Source of the DNA: Psammoneis japonica
Lineage: Eukaryota
NCBI GenBank assembly: GCA_008632985.1
Contig: QPGO01000058.1
Coordinates: 1-64,000 of the forward strand
Direction of reading: 5' to 3'
Length of the DNA: 64,000 nt
Positions within the stretch are counted from its first letter, which is position 1. Every line of letters begins with the position of its first letter. Below, in pieces: positions 11,920 to 20,923 of the stretch. The translations under genes and the position numbers were made by a program. The notes beneath the pieces were generated by a model. That model saw only the letters and a list, made by a program, of their open reading frames with translations. It did no database searches and was not told the DNA's origin.

Positions 11920-13804
11920 ACCAAAAAACCTTCAATCATTGCTTGGTCTTGGCCTGAAGTTTGTTCCTGCACCACGATTCACCAACAATGGGAAGTCCTC
12001 CAAGATCCAAGAACAATCACTTGGATGATTCAAACAAGACCTTGACAAATGCAAACATTTTGTCAGTGCATCAATCGACAATGACGATGGAGATTACAAC
12101 CCCAGAATGTGCCTCTGGTCTAGCTGGACATCTCTCCCTTGGAAACTCACCAACATTGTCAAATGATGCCACACTGCCTTCAAGAAACAAGTCACCAACC
12201 TGCTTGTGAAATGCAGAGGCAGAACCAATCTCCTGCCCCACCAACACCATGCCCTCACTTGCCTCTGCAAGCAAGATGACTTCACAACAGCCCAATGCAA
12301 CAAGAGCCAGGGACCCACCATCGTTGAAACAACTGAACACATCTCAGAGATGGCACTCCACAGCCATTTTAACAACACCAACGCACATTGATTCTTGAGT
12401 GAATTTGAAGCCAGAATCCAAGAACGCTGCATCAAGAGACTCCTCAGTGATTGGCTCATGACGTGCAAAGCCAACCTCACTCCAATGGAACACAAGCACC
12501 TCAAACACTTTCTCAAAACTGTCAAAAACCTGTTTCCTGTCTTCTGCCTCACTTTAAAGGTGCGCATGCCCCCACCACTGTGATCTCAACTGATCATCTC
12601 TGCCAGTGGCAGCTTTCTGTGGCTTGGGCATCTGGGCAGATGACAAGCTCCAGAAGGTTGCTTGCCACCAATGATCAAACTTCAAGAGCTCCCTGGACCT
12701 GAAACAAGCACTCACTCAAATGGAAATGCCACCAAACTGCCTCCTCTTCACATCTGATGCTGAGGCCCATTGCTCTGATGAACCTGCCAACAAAGCACTT
12801 CGACTGATTGCTTCCTGTCTTTGATGTCACAAAAACAACTGCAATGATGCACCAATGAAAGCCCTTGTTAAAGCACACCAAATTGTGATGGACAATGATG
12901 TGTTCACATTTGGAGACACCACCTGGCACCAGCACAATGGAGCCACCATGGGCACACCACCTGCCCCTCTGCATGCCACCTCATGCTGCGCACTTCACAA
13001 AGACATGATCCTGGAGGAGCCCAGCTCCCAGCTGTTTTGCTGCAAATGATTTGTTGATGAAGTCTTTGGCATCTGGCACATTGCAGACACTGCCACCACC
13101 ACCACCACCACCTGGAAAGCATTTGCCTCCAGGCTCAATGACTTCAACATTGCCTGGATCACGAGCGCCTGAAGCCACCAAGCTGACTTTGTGGACCTCA
13201 CAATCTCACTCCAAGGCTCCCACCTTCACACTGCCCTCTGCAAAAAAAATGAATCCATGTGTGCACATCCCACCACACTCAGCTCACCCACCTGGAGCAC
13301 TCACCGGCCCAATCATGGGCATGCTCTTTCACTTCAAAAATCTTTGCTCCAACACCACTGATGCAAAAGCAAAAATGAGACTGCTCCACCTTCGACTGCA
13401 AGCTCAAGGCTGCAAGCCCAGCAAACTACAACCGCTCTCCCAAAAAGCACACAACCTCATCTTTGGAAATGCAACCAGAGCAACACCAGAACACCAGTCA
13501 AATCCCATCTTCCTGCACATCCCTTGTCACCCAAACAATCCACCATTGAGTGAATTGCAGCAGCTTTGGAAAGGTGCAATGGCCACTCCTCCCTGCTCAC
13601 AACCCCTCTCAAACCTTCAAAATCATGCTCAACAATGCATCAGCCTTGACCGCATGATTGCATGCTGCAGCCACTGGCACAACCTCAGAAACCTTCTTTC
13701 CTGCCGCAAACTTTGCACCTGCAAACAGGGTGGCCCCTGAGACAGAGAGACAGAGACAGAGAGACAGAGAGACAGAGCAGAGAGACAGACAGAGCGACAG
13801 ACAT

Positions 13805-13850
<46 letters not shown>

Positions 13851-13944
13851 ATGGCAACTGAACTCAAATCATCCCAATCAACTCATCTGTCCTCCTTTGG
13901 ATCTTTTTAACACAACAACTTCAACCATGTGAAGAACAGCAGCT

Positions 13945-13992
13945 GGCTGCTGATGAAGCCACTGCGAAAGTCTCACTCTCCTGACTTTGGCC
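13945..13992 (+). ncRNA. Type I hammerhead ribozyme motif (best-preserved copy) in PLE pseudo-LTR
   Basis: GGCTG-CTGATGA-A-GC(cact)GC-GAAA-GTC(tcactctcct)GAC-TT-TGGCC: intact catalytic core, 2-bp stem II, stem III GTC/GAC, stem I GGCYG/YGGCC. Confidence 0.75.
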
Positions 13993-14877
13993 AATGTTGT
14001 TGTGTCTGCCATTTGCTGAAACAGTTGGATGAATGTCCAATTGAGCAGGTCTGCCTCAGCTGCTTGCACTGTTTGTTTGTCACATTTGACAATCGTTTGA
14101 GAGAGAGAAAGAGAGAGATGGATTGTTGCAGCAATCATGCTGCCATGAAACCTGGGCATTGAACATGCCAGACAAGATGTGTCAAAACCTTTGCTGTATC
14201 TTGGGCCACAGCAGCAGCAGCTTTGAAGCCTCAGTTGTTGGATCCTTGTTGATGAACAACTTTTGCAATTGCCCAACAGAGAAAACACTTGTTTTGATGA
14301 GATGTGAAATTTTGAGCAGGTCACTGTGCTTTGTCATGGCATCCAAGGTCTGTGTGCCTGCTCCACCTCTCAACCCCATGCCAACAGCAAGGGCTGGAAA
14401 ACACAAACACACAAAATGGTGGGGGCAAGACAATCTTGCAAAGAAACTCAAATGCCAGACCACCACCTCTGCTGCATGTTCAATGAACAGTGCTTGTGCA
14501 GCTGTGGTCTTTGTTTTGGGGGGTGACAAGCACAGGCGGCGGCCTTGGAATGCAGGGCACTTGCTGGTGAAAAGAGGTGCTGGAAATCAAAAAGGCACTG
14601 ATTTTTTTTGAAGTGCCAATTTTGAAGGTGCTGAACACAACTTGATCCAAACAGCCATCAAAGGATCTTTTTTGTGGTGCAGCACAAGCTCTGTTGTCTG
14701 CTTTTCAGCTGGATGGTGAGCCATCTCCTAAAATGAGGGAGCATGACTCTTCACCACATTTTTTGCTGTGTGCATGTCTCTTGCAAGCATGACAAAGGTT
14801 TGCAAACATTTGATTTCTATGGCCTCCTAATTGTTTGTCCCACAGCCTCAAAGTTGACAAAGACAACTTGAGTGCTG

Positions 14878-15840
14878 CAACAACAATGGTTGGGAAGCAA
14901 AGGCCTTGTCTTGTGACAATGCAGCACCCTGTCTCTTTGACATGACTGGGTTCTTTGGCCCAGCCACCCACCTGCAAGGACAAGAAGACCATCTGTGTGA
15001 CAGTGCAAGTGCTCTGTTGTCTTGGGATGGCATTGGATGACTCCATTGGGGGTCCCAGAGGATGCAATGACAACAATGGTTGGGAAGCAAAGGCCTTGTC
15101 TTGTGTCAATGCAGCACCCTGTCTCTCTGACATGACTGGGTTCTTTGGCTCAGCCACCCTGCCCACAGAGACAAGAAAACCATCTGTGTGACAGTGCAAG
15201 TGCTCAGTTGTCTTGGGATGGCTTTTGGTGACTCCATTGTTTGACTCCAGAGAAGCCAACAACAACAATGGTTGGGGAGCAAATGACTTGCCTTGTGTCA
15301 ATGCAGCACCTTGTGTCACTGGCATGACTGGGTTTGGCCCAGCCAAGAACCAATTTTTGCAAGATGGACAAGGGAACCATCTGTGTGACAGCACCAGAGC
15401 ACTCAGTTGTCTTGGGCTGGCTTTTGGTCACTCCATTGGATCCCAGAGGAGCCAACAACAACAATGGCTGGGAAGAAATGGCCTTGTCTTTTGTCAATGC
15501 AGCACCTTGTCTCTATGACATGACTGGGTTTGGCCCAGCCAAGAACCAATTTGCAAGAAAGACAAGGGAACCATCTGTGTGATGACACAAGCACTCAGTT
15601 GTCTTGAGATGGGCACAAGAGACTGCCCTGAGGAGGCAAGAACAACAATGGTTGGGAAGGAAAAGCATGGTCTTGGGCCAATGCAGCTTTTTTTCTGTCT
15701 GATGTGATTGGTTTGCTTTGGCCCAGTTGCCTCACTTGCAGAGACAAGGGAGCTTTCTGTGCCATGTGACAGTGCAAGCACATGCAGTTGTCTTTGGGTG
15801 GCCTTGGGTGCCTCCATTGTGTCCCAGAGGAGCCAGCAAT
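14878..15840. repeat. Diverged tandem repeat, ~185-196 bp unit x5
   Basis: 'caacaatggttgggaagcaaaggccttgtcttgtg.caatgcagcacc' recurs at ~14881, 15071, 15263, 15459 and 15643. Confidence 0.9.
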
Positions 15841-17989
15841 GACCAGGGCAGGGAGTCACTGAGTGGAAATTCACAGTGTTGCCTGTCTCTTGTTTGGATG
15901 GAAAACCAAGAAAGAGCAGAAGAGCAAGACCCACCTTCAAGTTGCCCACTTTCTTTACAAGGTTGGTCTCCAAAGTCATCATTTCATGGGCATGAAGGGT
16001 CTGTTTCTGAGCTTTCTGGAGAGAGGTGATTGTCTTGTTGGCAGCGGCAATTTTTGAACACACCAAATGGCAAAAAGGTGTTGACTGAGGTCCCGGAGCT
16101 GGGAGTGTGCAGCATGAGTGTCAAAAATTTCAATTTCAACAAGAACACATCAATGTGACAAAATCAAACTTTTGAATGCATGTGCAACATTGACAACTGG
16201 ATGATTCATTGAGTCAGTTTCAAATCATTCAAACCATCATGTTGCAACAAAATCATTGTGATTTTTAAAACAAAGTCATTGCCAAAAAAGAGATTCCAAC
16301 AGGAATCAACTGGCAGGCAGGCTCGCATTTTGGCCAAAAACATGAATTGCTGTTGCTCCCTCACAAGACACAAAAAATGCAAACTCAAGTTGCATCTGAT
16401 GTCTGACAATGAGAGCAGTGGGAACAGGGGCAGCAGCATTGCAAGTGGAACAGAGAAAAATGCAGGACACAAGGTGAGAAAACAAGTGGCGAATGCATGG
16501 AGATCGGGCACACAATGCAAACAACTGACACTTGCGCGCATCTTTGCACACAGATGTCTGGACATGCAACCTGAGCTGCAACGGAAGACAGGCAATGGGG
16601 AAGGACACAAAGGTGAGCAGAAGCAGCACATGAGACAACATTGTAAGAAAAACAAGAAGTGCACAAAACCTGATCATTGGCACAAAGTTTTCTCTTGTTG
16701 CAGGCAACGCTTTGGCCTGCCAAACAGAAGGAACACAAGGCAGCAGATTGTTGCAGAATGATGTCATTGCCTGGTGCAAAGAACAATCATGGAGAGAGCA
16801 AGAGTTGCTGCAAGGGAGAGAACACAAGGGCCAAACAACACATTTGCTGCATGGGAACTGTGAAGGACAACAGGAACTGGTGGAATGCAGGAGAAAAGAA
16901 GAGCGGGAGAAAGGGAGCATTGTTTGGTGTGCAGTGCTGCAGAAATGACAATGTGGAACAATTGCAAATCAGATGACAAGCAGCGCACAGGCGATGTGCA
17001 ATCAGGTCAACAAGACAACTGAGCGCATCATCATTGTCAGAAATGAACAATGTCAGAAAGTTGTCATGAACACATGGTTGCCAAGACAGAAATGATGCAA
17101 GTGTCAAGTTTCATCATGTGTCATTTCCTGCTTGGAAGGTCACTTTAATTGTGGACAGATGAAAACAATGTTGAAACAAGCAGATGTGAAAAATTGACAA
17201 GAATGTGCGCACAATGTGACTGATTTACATTGGCCATGTTAAACCCCACTTGGAAGGTTCAAACAACAATTGAACTCCCTTCATTGATGATTGTTGAGGA
17301 CTTGTTAAGAACACATGATTCTGAACAAGAGAATGTGAACTCTGAACAAGAGCAAATGTGTTTTCCAGATGACCTGGACATGGCAAAGGAGAGTGTGGAA
17401 CAAGTTTGATCCACCCACAACTGTTGAGACAGCTGTTGAGGCCAGTGAATGGGTTTGCAAGGGAGCGCATGTAAACTGTGTTCCAAGGGCCAAAGGATGG
17501 CACACTCCTGGTGACACTGAGGAATGTCAGACAAGAGTGTTGCTCAAGCAAATTGCAGCTGCAAACATTGAGCTCAATGAACCATCATCCTCTCTGCAAC
17601 TGCCAAAAATGTGCAACAGGAGTGAGGTTTCACTTCTCAATTGACATCATTTGAGTGAGGACAAGCACGAAGCCATGCTTGATGCAATCCACCAGCGCAA
17701 GTCACTCAATTGTTTTGAGGAATGTCTGGACAAGGAAGAGCATGACAACAGCAAAACTGGTGAGTTTGAGGAAGAGAATGACGATGAGGAGGAAAGCATG
17801 GCAGAGGACAGTGAGGAGGAAAAGAGCACAGCAGGGGACAGAGAAAGCAATGAGTGTCAGGAACAAAATGATGAAAGGGAAAACAAACAAACACTGTGAT
17901 TGTCGCTTTACATCACATGACTGGATGAACCTTCCTGCACAAGAGCTTTCCTTTTGCCATTTGCCTGCTGTTTCACTGCCCTTGGGAAG

Positions 17990-18880
17990 TTCAAATTGGT
18001 GCACCATGGCCACTTGTTTCTGGACATTTTTTTGCCACATTCTTTGTCTCATGTTCCTTGTTTCCAAGACACCAATTCAAGCACTTGATGCCCTTTGCTG
18101 GCAATGCAAAATGGTGATTGGAGTCAAAGATCCACCCATGGTGCAAGGAAATGCAGCGGTTGTTCACCCAATGGCACAAAGTTGTGCAGCCATCATTGCA
18201 GGTCATCACATCAAATTCACCATCCACTTCCAAGGAAATGATTTGGTCAAAACTGCCACAAAATTTCATGTTTGAGTTTGTCAGTGGGAAGTTTCCCTTC
18301 AAACAGTCTTTCAGCATGTGCTTTGCAATTAACGTGCAATTGTTGTCAGTGGTGGCATGGTTGGCAGAGGTTTCAACATGAGATGCAATGCAATCTCTCA
18401 CTTCCAGGTTGCCAACACAATTAAAAACACTGGGCAGGGACAAAAACATGCAAGTCTCTTTGTGTCTTTGCAAGAATTTTGGCACGTGCTTTGCAAACAA
18501 CATGCAATTGTTGTCAGTGGTGGCATGGTTGGCAGAGGTTTCAACATGAGATGCAATGCAATCTCTCACTTCCAGGTTGCCAACACAATGAAAAACACTG
18601 GGCAGGGACAAAAACGTGCAAGTCTCTTTGTGTCTTTGCAAGAATTTTGGCATGTGCTTTGCAACAACATGCAAGTGTTGTCAGTGGTGGCATGGTTGTC
18701 AGAGGCTTCAATGTGAGATGCAATGCAATCTCTCATTTCCAGGTTGCCAGCACAATGAAGAACACTGGCCAGGGACAAAAACACACAAGTGTCTTTGTGT
18801 CCTTGCAAGAATTTCACAGGCAGGCCACTTGTCAGCAAATTGGCATCCAATGATGTCAACATGTTTCCTTCCGGCAACAT
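17990..18880 (-). pseudogene. Eroded ORF with a possible papain/C39-like cysteine-peptidase signature, probably part of an unclassified TE
   Basis: 'FLQGHKDTCVFLSLASVLH' (Q-x4-C motif) followed by 'CISLHHGWIFDSNHHFALP...LNWCLG'. Lies in CpG/TpA-eroded DNA. Confidence 0.35.
18315..18814. repeat. Tandem triplication, 168 bp (56 codon) unit
   Basis: 'caYgtgctttgcaa' at 18315, 18483 and 18651; the minus-strand translation repeats 'KFLQRHKETC.FLSLPSVF.CVGNLEVRDCIASHVETS'. Confidence 0.92.
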
Positions 18881-20923
18881 GCAAAAACCCTCCTCTGGCT
18901 TTCAATCTTTCAGGTCTCTCCAAACATCTGGAAACTGCATCTTGAAATTGCGCTCAGCCCAATCAAGGGTCGCATGTGCACTGGATGGTTGCCCTCCAGG
19001 GTGCAACCAAGAACAAAATCAGCACCCCATGCAGAAGCTTTTGCATCTCCTCCAGATGCAATCTCTTTGGTCTTGCAATTTGTGGTGGGTTGCAAATCAC
19101 GCTCACCTTGTGCCTGACCTCTTTGGTGCATTTTCGATTTAATTTCTGGGCAACGTTGGGTTTGTGTTTAACTTGTTCAATGAGGCCCACACACATGTCC
19201 ATGGGATGGTCATTCAATGAGTTGGCCCTTCAGTTGTGCCATTCTTCACACAACATGACACCCTCATTCTGCTCAGCAAAGCAGCCAAACAAGTGAGGAA
19301 CAGCTCCTGCAGAATTGCCAGGCCACAGCAGATTCCTGCTCCACGAGCTGGAATCAATCCAAGTGCTTTTTTCAACCAACAACATGACTTGAGCATTGTC
19401 GTGTGTTTGCTCAGTTGTCTCCCTCTTTTGTTGGTGACACTTGTCTTTTTGCTCAACCGACGAAACGCAGGTGCTCTTGGTGCTGTTGGTTTTGCATTTG
19501 AGCTGCAAAATCCAATGAGATCACTGCAGCTGTGGCTTTCATGAGCTCCATCTGGTGTTTGCAATGCACATTTCCCACCCTCTCTTTCTTCTTCTCTGCC
19601 TTGCCAAGTCTTCTGCATCCTTCGAGTCCCCCCTGATCCTGCTCGTCCTCTTCCCCCTGCCTCTTTCTCCTCAGTTGACTCATCCGTGCCTTGCTCTTGA
19701 TCCTCCTTTTCTTTGTTTTTGTCTTGCAGTTGCAAGCTTTTGGTGCTCTCCTGTGTGCATGTCATCCTCTTCTCTCTCTTTCTCTCTGTCTCTCTCTCCC
19801 TGTCTCTCTCTCTTCCCCCCCCCTCTCTCAAGCATTTCCTCCACCATCTCAGCACAAGTCAAGTGACGATGGTGATGCACTCTTCTGCAAAACAAATGAC
19901 ATTGCAGTTGGGGAGCCCCCTTGCACCAATCAGCAAGGTGAGCCAGTGGCTCCTTGCAATGGCCCTTCCTTCTTTCTTCATCGGAGGTGAGCTTGCAACA
20001 TGGCCCTCAATGGTCAGGGGAGCTGCCCAGTGGCACCCGCGTGTGAGGAGTTCACGCGCAATGTCACACCCAGTGGCGTGGGGGGATGGGCAGATGCAGA
20101 GCAAGGGTGGAACTGAGTCATGCAGGTGGGAAAGGCGATGGATTTCGAACTGGGGTTAGAGAGTTGGGATTGTAGTTTGGTGGAGTAGCGGGTCAATTGG
20201 TCAGCGATGTGTGTTTGTCGTTGGTGACAGTCTTCAACTGGGATTCCCAACTGCGCTGCCACGTAGAAATCACTTTCGTTTCTACTGTACTTCATACATA
20301 CGTGCGACATTTAATTGCCTTAATATCCGACACAAATGCTATCAGCAGTCATGAGGAAATATCGTTCGAGGGACAAAAAATGAGAACAACATCGAATACA
20401 AAGTCGAATAAAATTTTTCCCTTGACATGCGGTGCAGGCAGTTGCGCGCGTAAAAAGGGCGGGAAAATGAAACATTGAAGCTTTCAGGTCTGTATTGCTT
20501 AGCTCTGCGGGAATACAAAAGTCGGATAAATTTTTCCCCTATGTAGACATACCATTACGGTACTGTACTGTACAGTACAGGCAGTTTTTTCGCGCATAAA
20601 AAGGGCGGGAAAATGAAATATTTGTATCGGACTCTACATATGTACAGTATGTAAAATCGATATGAAGACAACTCGAACATTTATTGGGGATAAAAAATGC
20701 CAAAAACGTTACGACGTATATTACTTATGAGCTTACGCTTATTTATAGTTTTGAGAGTCCGCCTCTCTCAAGCCTCTTCCGATGTCACACAATTCTTTTT
20801 TAGCTGTGTATCTACCGGTACCAACAAGACTACTACTAACTCAAAAGTGATTTTCGATTTCCCTCGTGCTTGTTGCTGTAGCCAGTGTTCTCATACACAC
20901 CAGAGCAAGACCCCCAGTGACAA

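Larger units (their letters stand above)
7550..14118 (+). mobile_element. Tandem array of degenerate Penelope-like retroelements (four RT-bearing copies of different 5' extent) with pseudo-LTR repeats, delimited by (GA)n tracts
   Basis: PLE RT motifs: 'LLGLGLKFVPAP' (~11940), 'NNNAFTFGDTAWHQCNGTA.MGTPPAPP', '*FVDDVFG' (~8896), 'LYKKEMNLHMCIPPHSAHPPG', 'FLHIPCHPNDP', 'HNLGNLLS'. Copies at ~7790-8200, 8275-9625, 10190-10920 and 11916-13738. A ~270-300 bp non-coding module recurs seven times. (GA)n at ~7550, 8203, 9624, 9925, 10923, 11258, 11574, 11872, 13740 and 14099. Confidence 0.88.

Noticed and set aside
8203..14118. (GA)n tracts as telomeric repeats or as coding ER/SL repeats
   Set aside because: They are internal dinucleotide microsatellites; the RERERE/SLSLSL peptides are translation artefacts.
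14878..15840. CRISPR array
   Set aside because: Whole ~190-bp units are homologous, there are no unique spacers or cas genes, and the context is eukaryotic.
1..20150. Dense overlapping Cys/His-rich ORFs on all six frames (also 46-61 kb) as real genes or a sign of an alternative genetic code
   Set aside because: They arise from loss of TAA/TAG by TpA erosion. Adjacent true genes use the standard code with normal Tyr content.
1..20150. Classical fungal RIP
   Set aside because: RIP depletes CpA/TpG and enriches TpA; the pattern here is the reverse, and linked gene duplicates are spared.
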